DNA of 64,000 nt from the NCBI GenBank assembly GCA_030141605.1, contig JAQGDQ010000226.1:124001-188000 (forward strand), written 5' to 3'. The position numbers were made by a program, and so were the translations under genes. Below the pieces are notes generated by a model, which was given only the letters and a program-made list of their open reading frames with translations, did not search any database and was not told the DNA's origin. Source of the DNA: Tubiluchus corallicola (Eukaryota > Animalia > Priapulida). Below, piece by piece: positions 12,291 to 25,664 of the stretch (positions are counted from its first letter, which is position 1; the number at the start of each line of letters is the position of its first letter).

Positions 12291-12731
12291 TAGGGTTACC
12301 ATATTGTCTGAGTTGAAAAAGAGGACACTTTTTCGCACACTTGTAAGTAGGCGAAAATGACCAGTCTGAGTCATCCACTTCATCAAATTCGCAGTATTCT
12401 TTCAGATGTTCGGTTCGAATACGCCGAGTATCGACAGCGGAGTGAGTCGTGTGACCCACAGTGATGTGCGCATCGCTTACTTTTGTTCAGTAAATATGTA
12501 CACAAAGCTTTTACAAGGGTTGCATTTTGAGATGTTAGCAAGATCTTGTTTTGAACATTAACGAGCTTTTCTTTGCCTCGTACTGTTGTACGCCTCTGCA
12601 GTTGGCAACGTCCTTACATACTTACGGATTGAGGCAAAACACGGATAAACTGCCGATTTTTTGAAAACCAGCCAGGACAGAGGCCCAAAAAGAGGACGTG
12701 TCCGCGGAAACCCGGACGTATGGTAACCCTA
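12291..12731. mobile_element. hAT (Blackjack-like) MITE
   Basis: 13-bp TIR tagggttaccata ... tatggtaacccta with subterminal aaaagaggac/ccggac motifs; no clean TSD. Confidence 0.75.
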
Positions 12732-14791
12732 ACTGTTCAGACAACAAGTTAATAGCAGTAAGATATAGATATGGATAGATATAGATCATTAACTTCGCAT
12801 GCATGGTTGAATACAGTAATTACATAAAAGAACTAATGAAAACAGGCCAAATGCGAGTGCAACGTACGACCATGGGGTCCGTTACACGTTGCCCTTATCT
12901 TAAAGGTTAATGAATTTGAAGTAATTGGATGAAAATGTGAAAAAGGGCAGTATTAACTCTTTTAAATTAATGAAAGAATATTAATATAATAGATAACGAC
13001 GCCAATCATTTGGCACCATTGACAACGTTTTTTTACTTTGCTCAACGCAAATTTTTATTTGATTAACAAATTTTTACCTAATTTGATGCATTAAAACAAT
13101 ACCTATTGCATTATTCTGCTGTAAAAATGCATTTGTAATGTAAACAGTGTAATTATAATAGACGATACAAATTCGTAAACGTCTCTTTGAAACTAAAGAT
13201 TTCATATTAAAGATTATGACTGTTAATAAAGAGTAAATGCTAACAAAGTACACGGGCAACGGAAGTGAAACAGTAAATTCATTTAAAGCATCAATTATGT
13301 TAACTAAATAGCTCTTTTAATAAAATGGTGAACATACATACCTTGCATATTAGAGATTATCTACAATAACATTAAGTGAATCTCGGACATAGTTAAGTAT
13401 TGCGGCTGCAACAATATGTGAAATGCACAGCTAAACATGTGACGTAATAAATCTTTTGTAAATAATACAGTAACATTGAAATATGTCATTAACTTCGCAG
13501 AAGGTTTGGGCTTTCCTTTAAGAGACCTGACGACCATGCACAATTAGAGGCAGGCTCGGATCAAAGTCGGCAAAAAATAATGGATAGAGGAGAAAAATTT
13601 TGCGTAAAGATGTAATCATATTTCGGAGTATTCATTAAAGTATTTATGTATTGATTTACGATTTTGTGTAGATGATTCAAATAACGCATTGCCTCGTTTC
13701 CGCTAGAATGGTTTCAATATTAAAGGTGTTTGAGATAAGTTCACGAAAAATGACATCTGTAGTCGTGAACGAAATCGCTGCCATGGAAAAGAACGAACAA
13801 GTCGCAATATGAATAAGCGACACTAGGTCTAGTCAGCCAAGTGTTAACTGTAAGATGCGGATTCACATATCATCCACTGCTCTGTAAAACACGGACATGA
13901 CATAACTTTGCATTGTAATCTGCCAACCAATCAACATTTCAGCCACTCCATCATGGGAGATTCCAAACAGTGCTCACAGTCTACATTACTACCATATATT
14001 TAAATGTTCTATACAATTATAGTTATTACTACAAGTATAATGTATAATTTAATCTCTTCTCCCCCACTTAAATTTGAGTACATATATATATATATATGTA
14101 TATGTATATCATTGTATATACAAGTAAGCAGTATGTTGCATTGTAATAAAAGTAAGTGGTGCATTGACAGATAATCACATAATTCATATTCGTAACTATT
14201 TAAAAAAATTTTTTCCCTCTTTAAGGCTCACTCAAAGACGTAATTACATATTATGTTTTCCTTTCTCAACTTTCAGGTTTATTGCTCTTATATACCATTG
14301 CTATTATTACATCATTTACTTCATCCTTATTTACATTAAGTTATCTACAGAAGCATGCATAACTAGAATCATTATTTCATTTAAGTAAGGTGAGTGTGTT
14401 AATGACTGTATGGTCGTACTACTCACCTCGCACTACCCAAATTATTTTATTGAAAGTTTATTAATGTGTTTGATATTGTATTTTTTGATGTGTGAAATGA
14501 AATTCATAGTTCATAGTTCACAGTCTTATAATTCTATAATCGTGGCTCTGCTAAGTACAGCATTTCTAACGCTACAAAGGCTTATTAAAATTTGAAGTAT
14601 GTTTTTCTTTCTAAGTGCTAATATGTGATATCTTGTTTACAATGACACTTACATGACAACTCATCAATCCTTCTCTTGTCTATTACAATCTTGTCATCTT
14701 CAGAATAATAATCCAGGTGATGTGTTTCTATATGGCAGTGCACGTCCTGTGAGCAGTGGACATGTCTTGCGCACTGACATAAATGATATTA

Positions 14792-15156
14792 CAGTGTTCC
14801 CAAACTTATCGCGGGTGTTCCGTCCAAGGCCCACCCGCGATAAGTGAATTTCCGCGAAGTAGGGGCGCTATACTTATTTTAGTAGTTATAAATTATTTTA
14901 AGTCTTTATAAACCCTCCCCACACCCTTATACATAACCCTTTCCCATTCCCTTAATAACTTTTCCCATACTGTACATGTACCTTTGAAAAAACTTTACTT
15001 AAATGTTTTAAACTCTTAAACCTAGATACATAATTTTGAAAAATTTGATATGGAGTACCACAAAACAGCAAAAATACCGCGATAAATAAAATTTTTGAAA
15101 ACCCACGAAACAGCAAGTCTGCGATAAACGAACGGTGAAGTAGTGAGGGATCACTG
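14792..15156. mobile_element. Tigger/pogo-like MITE
   Basis: TA|cagtgttccc ... gggatcactg|TA with subterminal cgcgataa repeats. Confidence 0.8.
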
Positions 15157-15313
15157 TATTGACATTGAAAATCAGATCAGATTATTTTACTCAAAAGTTA
15201 CTGTATAAATTATTATGGCTTGTCATTTTGGAACAATATCAGTAATGATGTGTAGAAAAGACTAAGACATGCTTATAATAATGGAATTCATAAACTATTT
15301 TTGCTTAGGACTT

Positions 15314-17329
15314 GGTTGTAATCCATAAGCTACGTGTGTTAACCTTAGTCTACCACATTTCTTGCATTTGATTGTAATCCATAAGCTACGTGTGTTAACC
15401 TTAGTCTACCACATTTCTTGCATTTGATTGTAATCCATAAGCTACGTGTGTTAACCTTAGTCTACCACATTTTTTGCATTTGATTGTAATCCATAAGCTA
15501 CGTGTGTTAAACTTAGTCTACCACATTTCTTGCATTTGATTGTAATCCATAAGCTACGTGTGTTAATCTTAGTCTTCCACATTTCTTGCATTTGATTGAA
15601 ATCCATAAGCTACGTGTGTTAACCTTAGTCTACCACATTTCTTGCATTTGATTGTAATCCATAAGCTACGTGTGTTAACCTTAGTCTACCACATTTCTTG
15701 CATTTGATTGTAATCCATAAGCTACGTGTGTTAACCTTAGTCTACCACATTTCTTGCATTTGATTGTAATCCTTAAGCTACGTGTGTTAACCTTAGTCTA
15801 CCACATTTCTTGCATTTGATTGTAATCCATAAGCTACGTGTGTTAACCTTAGTCTACCACATTTCTTGCATTTGATTGTAATCCATAAGCTACGTGTGTT
15901 AACCTTAGTCTACCACATTTCTTGCATTTGATTGTAATCCATAAGCTACGTGTGTTAACCTTAATCTACCACATTTCTTGCATTTGATTGTAATCCATAA
16001 GCTACGTGTGTTAACCTTAGTCTACCACATTTCTTGCATTTGATTGTAATCCATAAGCTACGTGTGTTAACCTTAGTCTACCACATTTCTTGCATTTGAT
16101 TGTAATCCATAAGCTACGTGTGTTAACCTTAGTCTACCACATTTTTTGCATTTGATTGTAATCCATAAGCTACGTGTGTTAAACTTAGTCTACCACATTT
16201 CTTGCATTTGATTGTAATCCATAAGCTACGTGTGTTAATCTTAGTCTTCCACATTTCTTGCATTTGATTGAAATCCATAAGCTACGTGTGTTAACCTTAG
16301 TCTACCACATTTCTTGCATTTGATTGTAATCCATAAGCTACGTGTGTTAACCTTAGTCTACCACATTTCTTGCATTTGATTGTAATCCATAAGCTACGTG
16401 TGTTAACCTTAGTCTACCACATTTCTTGCATTTGATTGTAATCCTTAAGCTACGTGTGTTAACCTTAGTCTACCACATTTCTTGCATTTGATTGTAATCC
16501 ATAAGCTACGTGTGTTAACCTTAGTCTACCACATTTCTTGCATTTGATTGTAATCCATAAGCTACGTGTGTTAACCTTAGTCTACCACATTTCTTGCATT
16601 TGATTGTAATCCTTAAGCTACGTGTGTTAACCTTAGTCTACATTTCTTGCATTTGATTGTAATCCATAAGCTACGTGTGTTAATTAGTCTACCACATTTC
16701 TTGCATTTGATTGTAATCCATAGCTACGTGTTTAACCTTAGTCTACCACATTTCTTGCATTTGATTGTAATCCATAAGCTACGTGTGTTAATTAGTCTAC
16801 CACATTTTGCATTTGATTGTAATCCATAAGCTACGTGTGTTAACCTTAGTCATTTACTTGTCTACACTTTCTTGCATTTGATTGTAATCCATAAGCTACG
16901 TGTGTTAATCTTAGTCTTCCACATTTCTTGCATTTGATTGAAATCCATAAGCTACGTGTGTTAACCTTAGTCTACCACATTTCTTGCATTTGATTGTAAT
17001 CCATAAGCTACGTGTGTTAACCTTAGTCTACCACATTTCTTGCATTTGATTGTAATCCATAAGCTACGTGTGTTAACCTTAGTCTACCACATTTCTTGCA
17101 TTTGATTGTAATCCATAAGCTACGTGTGTTAACCTTAGTCTACCACATTTCATGCATTTGATTGTAATCCATAAGCTACGTGTGTTAACCTTAGTCTACC
17201 ACATTTCATGCATTTGATTGTAATCCATAAGCTACGTGTGTTAACCTTAATCTACCACATTTCTTGCATTTGATTGTAATCCATAAGCTACGTGTGTTAA
17301 CCTCAGTCTACCACATTTCTTGCATTTGA
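15314..17329. repeat. Minisatellite, 56-bp unit, ~36 copies, in GRK2 intron 1
   Basis: Unit gattgtaatccataagctacgtgtgttaaccttagtctaccacatttcttgcattt; highly homogeneous. Confidence 0.98.
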
Positions 17330-17674
17330 GAAGAAAATGCTACGAAAATACAAGGCAGAAAGTTTTTAATTCAGATAACATTTTTTTACTTTCTATAGTA
17401 AACTTTGATGTGTATTTTAAATCTAATTTTTTTAAATTGAGCATCAATGTCTTAACCGCTTGATGACATTGTGAATTTTGAATGCTTTCACTCACATTTT
17501 GTAGTACACGGTAATTTTTAGTATTTATAGTTTTAGTCATTGTAAATTTTAATTATATATTTTTATGGCTTTTATGCAGAAATAAATAGTAATCAATCAA
17601 TAACCAATCAATCAATCGATCAATATTAATAAACTACAATTTAACGAGGTTCTTGTTCTATGAACCAATCTTAC

Positions 17675-17787
17675 CTGGGATCGGGCAGTATGATCTTCTT
17701 GCTTGCCCGGGCGGCTGGAGTTGATTTGCTCTTCTCCATCGCCATCAGGTAGCTCACATCAGCCAAAACCGCTTCAAGGTCGGCCAT
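17675..17787 (-). CDS. GRK2: G protein-coupled receptor kinase 2, coding exon 1
   Basis: ATG at 17787; 113 bp encoding [37 protein letters not shown](S), then a gtaag donor. This is the nearly invariant GRK2/3 N-terminus. Confidence 0.97.
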
Positions 17788-20382
17788 TTTGAATGCCCAC
17801 AACACACGTGTCTACTTCAATAATAAAAACATGAATAAAACTCGACACTGTTTGCTTTCGAATTACTCCACTGTATGTCGCGCACTTAAACTATCGTAAA
17901 ATGTAAATTTAGCTACATTTTAAGATCTGCAAAGTTATCTCACGACGCCAAAACGAAAGTCAACAAATCAGGTCGTAAACGGATCTAGGACAATTCGCCG
18001 ATTACAGGCTAAAAGCAGAACTTTCTTGTAAGGTTTCACACGGTTTTTTTCAATAAACGGTGCTGCCACTCGCCAAACTTATTATAATGAGAATGACAAA
18101 AACAGTTTTCCGGTACTTTCTACGTAGCCATATAAGATTCAGGCCTCAACAAAGAGATTACATTAGCTATAACATAACAAGGAGAGGCAAAAAGCATTCA
18201 ATTAGTTTGACAATTATCTCCAACCTCGGCAGCACGAAGGCTTTTCACAAAAATCCAACACTGTCATCACGGTAATGACTGTTACAACTAGCCGACGTTC
18301 CACCAAAAGAAATGATGTGGCTTTCATATGTACACCATCAAATTATCTTTATCTTAGAGTCACAATCGCATGAAAATGTGTCGTTGCAAGACTGTTAGTC
18401 GAGCACAGCATGGAGAGATCAGCCTGAAAATAGATTCATAATATAATGAAAGCAAACTGGAAATGAACAGAGTTTAAACAAATAAAATTTTCCTAGGCTA
18501 AAAACTGAAAGTGGCAGCTTGGGCGCAAACATTTTTCCAGCGTTGTGCAACACTAGCTTGTAATGCATCAAATGAAACGGTACAGGGTGACCCGAGATGC
18601 CTGACTTACCTTTAGAAGCTTCATGTGAAAACATCACAACATTTTTTGTCTAATTTTTTGTAAAAACTTATTGTACTTTTTATGGAAATTGGCAGTGTAC
18701 TGATTTTCTTCAGCAAATGAAAGACAGGATTGGTGAAAAAAGGGTGTTCAGAATGGAAGTGCCCAAATATGAAATAAGCACGTCTTTAAAGTGATTTTGC
18801 TAATTACAGGAGGCACTTATCGCAGTTTGATTATTAAATACTAGTATTTTTCACAAACATTGAAATAAGCCTTTAACTTCCCAGAAGGCTCACTTCGTCA
18901 CCTAAGGTCTCGGACCAAAATGTCCCAAGTTGTGACGTCATTGAAATGAAATGCAATACTTTGGTATTCAAACGTGGCGAGTTCAGCAATAGCGTGATTA
19001 TGACCTTGTGACAAAGATTAAGTCAGCACTTGCAGTTTTGGTCATATTGCAGAATCTTAAGCTTATGATTTAATCATAAACAGCAGTCTAGTTTTGCTTT
19101 TCCTTTATACTCTATAGTAAGGTTTACCATAGTTACCATAATATAATTTATACGGCTCCTCGTTCTACAAGCTTCAAGTCCGCACACAATGGCAAAGCTG
19201 ACTACTAATGCAAGGCTGTGTAAGTCAATAACCTGAATCATTATCATGGCTCATCCTCTGAGATGAGAAATGCTGATACAACAGAAGTGCCTTTACCAAG
19301 TTTGAGTGTTGTATACATTTGCCTTCAACAAGGTCTATAGCCAAGGGATCACCTATCCATCTACCAATTAAGCTTGGTGCTGTTCAACTTCAAACACCAA
19401 CAAAATACACACCGTATCTGCACAGATGTTCACCACGTACGAAACCATTTAAAATAAGAGGCCAGAGACTTTTTTCACAGACCGTAGACCTGATGTCAGC
19501 CAACATGCTTTGACTTTATATCCAGGGGTAGACTGTGTCCAAATTTAGACTCATGGAGGGAAGTAGAAATCTTGACGGTAGGGTCACCATCAGATTTCTG
19601 GGAGGCGGGTCAAGACCCTATCTATTTAGATCTAACTAAAAAAACTACAATGTATTCAAATGTTTTTCTTACATTGACGAGAGTTAGACACGCTACTTCA
19701 TACACAGTATGCATCTCTTTTATAGTTGTACAATTATGATTGGATAATGCATAGACATGAGTTGATTCATAACAATAAACTTGCATGTATTTTAAAAGTA
19801 GGACTTTTATGCTAAAAATGATTCAAATCATTTTAAGGAACTAAATATTGTCGTAAATGCCGCAATATGTTGTAATTTTCAGTATAGATAACAGATAATA
19901 TGTTAAAAAGTTTAAAAAATATTTTTATTTGACAAGAAACATTACAATAAGTACATTTATAGTAAAAACAATGCGACTTAATCAAATGCTGATTGGCTAA
20001 CAGGTATAACCTATATAAAAGCCTTTCAGTGAGTAGATAAGTTAGGCACACGATTACAAGAACTGTTATGTATTAAGTAAGAGCGAAACTGAGAAGGTTT
20101 GTAAGTTGTTTGTTGAATAGCGGCTGTGCGAAAAGCTGGGACAAGTTGGTTATGATGTGTTTGATGTTGATGTTAAGCTACAACAATAGAATGAGTGATG
20201 ATGAAGTAATGAAAGAAAGATAAAAGTGTTGGGGTCACAGGGATGCGAAAGTATAAATAATTTGCCCTGTAAGGTAGAATTCAGAGATTATTAATGTACT
20301 ACAGATTTAATTTTATCAATTAAAGTGCCCACATTGTGTAATAAATGAAATGATAGCAGATACTATAGTTTATATATACTAT

Positions 20383-20763
20383 ATGCACAAGAGTTTGCCG
20401 ACAGTCTAACAGCTCAGGTGTGCACAAAAGTTTTCTAACAGTCTAACAGTTCAGGCATGCACAAGAGTTTCCTGACAGTCTAACAGATCAGGCATGCACA
20501 AGAGTTTCCTGACAGTCTAACAGGTCAGGCATGCACAAAAGTTTCCTGACAGTCTAACAGCTCAGGCGTGCACAAAAGTTTCCTGACAGTCTAACAGTTC
20601 AGGCATGCACAAGAGTTTCCTGACAGTCTAACAGCTCAGGCATGCACAAAAGTTTCCTGACAGTCTAACAGTTCAGGCGTGCACAAAAGTTTTCTGACAG
20701 TCTAACAGTTCAGGCATGCACAAGAGTTTCCTAACAGTCTAACAGCTCAGGCATGCACAAAAG
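20383..20763. repeat. Minisatellite, 37-bp unit, ~10 copies
   Basis: Unit atgcacaagagtttcctgacagtctaacagttcaggc. Confidence 0.96.
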
Positions 20764-21441
20764 TATAATAAGTTTTTACAAAATTTAGATAACTAATTCT
20801 GTGACAATCAACTAACTTGTATTAGTTTGAATTAGTTTAAGCATCACGTGCATACAGAAAACCATGATGCGCTTAGGAAAAGTTAAGAAGTCCACCAGTT
20901 ACGTCATCATTTTCAAGCAAATGGGACCAACAACCGCGCCTCAAAATTTCGATACAGCGGTAGCAGAATTAACTTCATGCTTTACAGACAGTTTTTGAAA
21001 ATTTCAATATCATATTTTTCCAAGTTTAGGTGATAACAGTAAAATAAACCCTATATGCTAAGTGACTTGACCTTTCCTTTAAGGTAAATTGTAGGAACAA
21101 ATCCAGCACATTACTTACTTAACAATGAGTAGAGTCCAGTCATGTATATGAAGCTACTATAATAAGCTGAACACTGCACCACAGACACACACACAAACAA
21201 CCCAGCTCAATCTACACTACAAGGCTATTGATCTACGCTAATGTTATAACCATCAGGTTCTGGTCTGCTGAATCTGCTGCCTGCCTGGCTTCATCTGCCG
21301 CTGCTGCTGCGCTCCCGGTGAAGCCAATCATCATCCATCACTGATTCCGCACGCGCGTCCCGACCTGACACGCTGTTATACGTGTATGTGTGTGCACATA
21401 CATTATACATATACAGCAGTTCACTTATCCCGAAGCAATTA

Positions 21442-22625
21442 AGTCCAAACACAAGCAGCTCTGCATTATCTGGTTACACTACATGATGGGGATTCTAGAT
21501 GCAGAGGGCAGCACCACGACAGTCCAAACACAAGCAGCTCTGCATTATCTGGTTACACTACATGATGGCGATTCCAGATGCAGAGGGCAGCACCATGACA
21601 GTCCAAACACAAGCAGCTTTGCATTATCTGGTTACACTACATGATGGCGATTCTAGATGCAGAGGGCAGCACCATGACTGTCCAAACACAAGCAGCTCTG
21701 CATTATCTGGTTACACTACATGATGGCGATTCTAGATGCAGAAGGCAGCACCATGACAGTCCAAACACAAGCAGCTCTGCATTATCTGGTTACACTACAT
21801 GATGGCGATTCTAGATGCAGAGGGCAGCTCCATGACAGTCCAAACACAAGCAGCTCTGCATTATCTGTTTAAACTACATGATGGGGATTCTAGATGCAGA
21901 GGGCAGCTCCATGACAGTCCAAACACAAGAAGCTCTGCATTATCTGTTTAAACTACATGATGGGGATTCCAGATGCAGAGGGCAGCTCCATGACAGTCCA
22001 AACACAAGCAGCTCTGCATTATCTGGTTACACTACATGATGGCGATTCCAGACGCAGAGGGCAGCTCCATGACAGTCCAAACACAAGAAGCTCTGCATTA
22101 TCTGGTTAAACTACATGATGGGGATTCCAGACGCAGAGGGCAGCTCCATGACAGTCCAAACACAAGCAGCTCTGCATTATCAGGTTACACTACATGATGG
22201 CGATTCTAGATGCAGAGGGCAGCACCATGACAGTCCAAACACAAGCAGCTCTGCATTATCTGGTTACACTACATGATGGGGATTCTGGATGCAGAGGGCA
22301 GCTCCATGACAGTCCAAACACAAGCAGCTCTGCATTATCTGGTTACACTACATGATGGCGATTCCAGATGCAGAGGGCAGCTCCATGACAGTCCAAACAC
22401 AAGCAGCTCTGCATTATCTGGTTACACTACATGATGGCGATTCTAGATGCAGAGGGCAGCTCCACGACAGTCCAAACACAAGCAGCTCTGCATTATCTGG
22501 TTACACTACATGATGGCGATTCCAGATGCAAAGGGCAGCTCCACGACAGTCCAAACACAAGTAGCTCTGCATTATCTATTACACTACATGATGGCAATTC
22601 CAGATGTAGAGGGCAGCTCCACAAC
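21442..22625. repeat. Minisatellite, 79-bp unit, ~15 copies
   Basis: Unit agtccaaacacaagcagctctgcattatctggttacactacatgatggcgattctagatgcagagggcagcaccatgac. Confidence 0.97.
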
Positions 22626-22631
22626 ACCTCA

Positions 22632-23150
22632 TATTTATTTATTGAACAACTGAAGAAAGCAATTTACAAGAGACAAAGAAAAACGACTTAAAAAAACATT
22701 CTACATCAGGACAAAGAAACCACATATAAGTGGTATAATAATTTATACACAAAAAACGCATACAACAGAGTAACATATATATTATAAACTTAATATTGCA
22801 TGTGTTACAGTTAGTCAGTTAGTCAGGCTTGCACTGAGTTATCTCAGTCTTCAAATATTTTGTGGACCAACTTAGCATTAATTTTAATTAATAACTTTTA
22901 CATCTTGTGACGCATTTAAAAACATGAATTTCTCATAAGGACACGTATAATGAAAGTTAGGACAGAAATCAGAAAGAATACAAAAATATTCCTCTCTTAC
23001 ATGAACGTGCAGTGGACATGTAGTAATTACATACAATTCATCCTCTACTTCATTCAAACAAAAATTTTTACACATTCGATGTTCTACAGGTATTTCTTCG
23101 TTAGACGATATCTACTGATTTCAATTGCTAATTTATGAACACATTAACAA
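22632..23150 (-). mobile_element. RTE-X-like LINE 3' remnant (C-terminal CCHC region plus 3' UTR)
   Basis: Minus-strand VHKLAIEISRYR...CLNEVEDELYVITTCPL resembles SHxLxIExGRY...CxxxEDExHxxxxCP; aataaataaat tail near 22635. Confidence 0.7.
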
Positions 23151-23356
23151 AGCATAGAAATGCTGCAATACGTGTAGCTGGCATTAGTAAACAAAATGCT
23201 TTATTTTACCATATTTTAAGATACAGAATATCCTGCAGGTTTAGTACAATTATATAATGACTGGCAAAAGCTATTTATTACAGGTACTTAAAAACATTTA
23301 TAGTTAAAGCAACACAACTTTATTAAAACTTTTATTTTACATAGTTAAAAATCATG

Positions 23357-23395
23357 CCAAACATTTCGACAGACTACTGTTGTCATCATCAGTGG
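23357..23395 (-). ncRNA. Minimal type I hammerhead ribozyme motif (minus-strand copy)
   Basis: cca-CTGATGA-t-gacaa cagtagt ctgtc-GAAA-tg-tt-tgg; the stem III CG has changed to TG. Confidence 0.55.
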
Positions 23396-23610
23396 TAAAT
23401 TTACAACCATACGACCAGTTCATATAGGTAGAGCCTACTTAATTAGTGCATAATATCCTCTGCCAACATACAACAAGATTATATAGACAGAGCCTATTAT
23501 GCACTAATTAAGTATGCTCTGCCTATATAATCTTGTATGTTGGCAGAGGTTATTATGCACTAATTAAGTAGGCTCTACCTACATGAACTGGTCGTATGGT
23601 TGTAAATTTA

Positions 23611-23649
23611 CCACTGATGATAACAGCAGTAGTCTGTTGAAACGTTTGG
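23611..23649 (+). ncRNA. Minimal type I hammerhead ribozyme motif (plus-strand copy)
   Basis: cca-CTGATGA-t-aacag cagtagt ctgtt-GAAA-cg-tt-tgg: intact core, 5-bp stem II, palindromic AACGTT stem III, 3-bp stem I; predicted cleavage after GUU at 23646. Confidence 0.7.
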
Positions 23650-23997
23650 CATGATTTTTAACCAAGTTTTAATAAAGTTGAGTAAAAAGACCTTATTGAT
23701 CATAACTCAAACTAAAATAAGCTGAGAGCAGAAGACTGTCAAAATGTATGGCATGATTTTTAACTAAGTTTTAATATGAGTAAAAAGACCTTACTGATCA
23801 TAACTCAAACTAAAACAAGCTGAGAGCTGTAGACTGTCGAAACGTTTTGCATGATTTTTAACCAAGTTTTAATAAAGTTGGTGTTTGTTTTTGTGGGTGT
23901 TGTGTTTTGCATGATTTTTAACCAAGTTTTAATAAAGTATTATAAGTATTATAAAGTATTATAAGCGAGTACTTTATACCTGAGGTTGATTGTAGAG

Positions 23998-24354
23998 CAG
24001 TGGTTCTTAACCTGTGTTCGATCGAACCCTAGGGGTTCGGTGAGTCGATCTCAGATGTTCGGCAGAGCCTCCGCCGCGGAGGTCCGGGCACACTTGAATT
24101 ATCGTGTAAATTCGTGACGACGAAGTCACACTGATTTGCAGGTATGTAATTTGTTGTGAGTTTATGCATTGTGTTGGTTTCGTTTTTTGAACAAGGTGAT
24201 GTTCATGCACGGTTCATTTTGTTTACCAGTAAAAAACATATCTATGTCTTGAATTTGAAAAAAATCACATTTTATTTTCACTAAAGAGGGGTTCGGTGAA
24301 TGCGCATATGAAACTGGTGGGGTTCGGTACCTCCAACAAGGTTAAGAACCACTG
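23998..24354. mobile_element. hAT-Charlie-type MITE
   Basis: 16-bp TIR cagtggttcttaacct ... aggttaagaaccactg; 8-bp TSD ttgtagag/ctgtagag. Confidence 0.92.
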
Positions 24355-24447
24355 CTGTAGAGTCTATCATGCTCTCAAAATTTGGTGTGGAATATATGGG
24401 TGTGATGCACCTTGAGATATATGATTGGAGCAGTAACTCGAAGAACT

Positions 24448-24645
24448 CAAGATTTTCCAACAAGTCTTACACATGTCTCTCAAGCTTGTCTACTGAATAC
24501 TGACCAATGGCATTTTTTTATCATCTTGACGTCCACTCTGTCCAGAGGTTGAGGTTCGGCAAATTTTCAGGCCATTCAATTGAAACAAAAAAATTAATGC
24601 CCGACTTTTCAAATCACTGCTCCTATCATACCCTTCAAGATAGCA
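24448..24645 (+). repeat. Dispersed repeat (~195 bp), copy 1
   Basis: Direct copy at ~27830-28025, sharing gaggttcggcaaattttcaggccattcaa and gctcctatcatacccttcaagatagc. Confidence 0.85.
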
Positions 24646-25664
24646 GGTTTTGCAAGGCACACGAGGCTTTCACACTAATCTTTCAGGGCATGATAGATAC
24701 GCTATTCTTTCAGCAATCCTTTGACATAATAAATTCTTCTACGCTGTTACTCATTGTTTCTGTACCCCCCCCCAGTAAAAGGTTATGCACAACCCTGTAG
24801 TAAAAACGTAAATAAAAAATGAAGATAATAAAAGTACCAATTCAAAAATAAAAACTTTGAAAATTCTCACAAGTAACTTTCAATTAAAAAAAGACTTTGT
24901 TAATCTTATTCATAAGAAAAATCATTACAGATACCGTGAATATACATTCGGCCAAATGGGAAAATGAACTCGAATTTAGCCAAGTTTATTTACCAGACGA
25001 ATTTTATATCACTTGCATGATTGAATTTACAGAAGCGAAACCTAAAGTTATTTTATGGTAGGTAATTACGGGATGCACCGTTGCTGCAAATTTTTGCTGT
25101 TTCAGTCCGTTTCGAAAATTGCTTTGTCTCTTATCACCCCCAGGAGGGACATCGTAGAGCAAGTCTGCAGGTGATCCACTGACTCTCCATCAGAATATAC
25201 TACACAAGCTACATGCGCATCACATCATTCATGTCAAGTTTTCGTTGTTATAAAATGTTAACATTATTAAAGGAAAGGTCAAAAGGAAAAATGGCTATAA
25301 AGTGCAAAGTTAGTTTATACTACTGCTGTATAGAGATATTCAGGCGAGATTCACTTGAAAATTATGGTGTAACAGGTGGAGGTTGTGAGTTTTCGTAATG
25401 CACCATGGATTTCCGTAAGCGCGCTCTGCTTAAACTAATCAAAACTTTTGCGGCTTGCCTAAAGTTTGTGCAAAAATATAACAAAAATAGCTAAAGGCTG
25501 TATCTAATTTTTTGCAAAAAATGATACTTTTGTTGAAAATTGATGGTACATAGCTTCTCTTCAGCTGATGAATGATGCCACTGCTGGTAAGAATGATTGT
25601 TCAAAATGGTAGCACACGAGCGGGATATGCGGGGCATGAATGTAAAGCAGTTTTACTAATCTTT

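Larger units (their letters stand above)
23315..23940. mobile_element. Penelope-like element terminal-repeat (pLTR) remnant, inverted plus partial tandem copies
   Basis: 23315-~23495 is the reverse complement of ~23510-23680. Further direct copies of ctgtcgaaacgttt.gcatgatttttaaccaagttttaataaag lie at ~23735-23940. The repeat contains hammerhead cores. Confidence 0.7.

Noticed and set aside
16620-16870. Indel-rich units in the 56-bp array as a distinct subfamily
   Set aside because: Clustered 1-4-bp deletions in an otherwise homogeneous array look like unpolished long-read consensus error.
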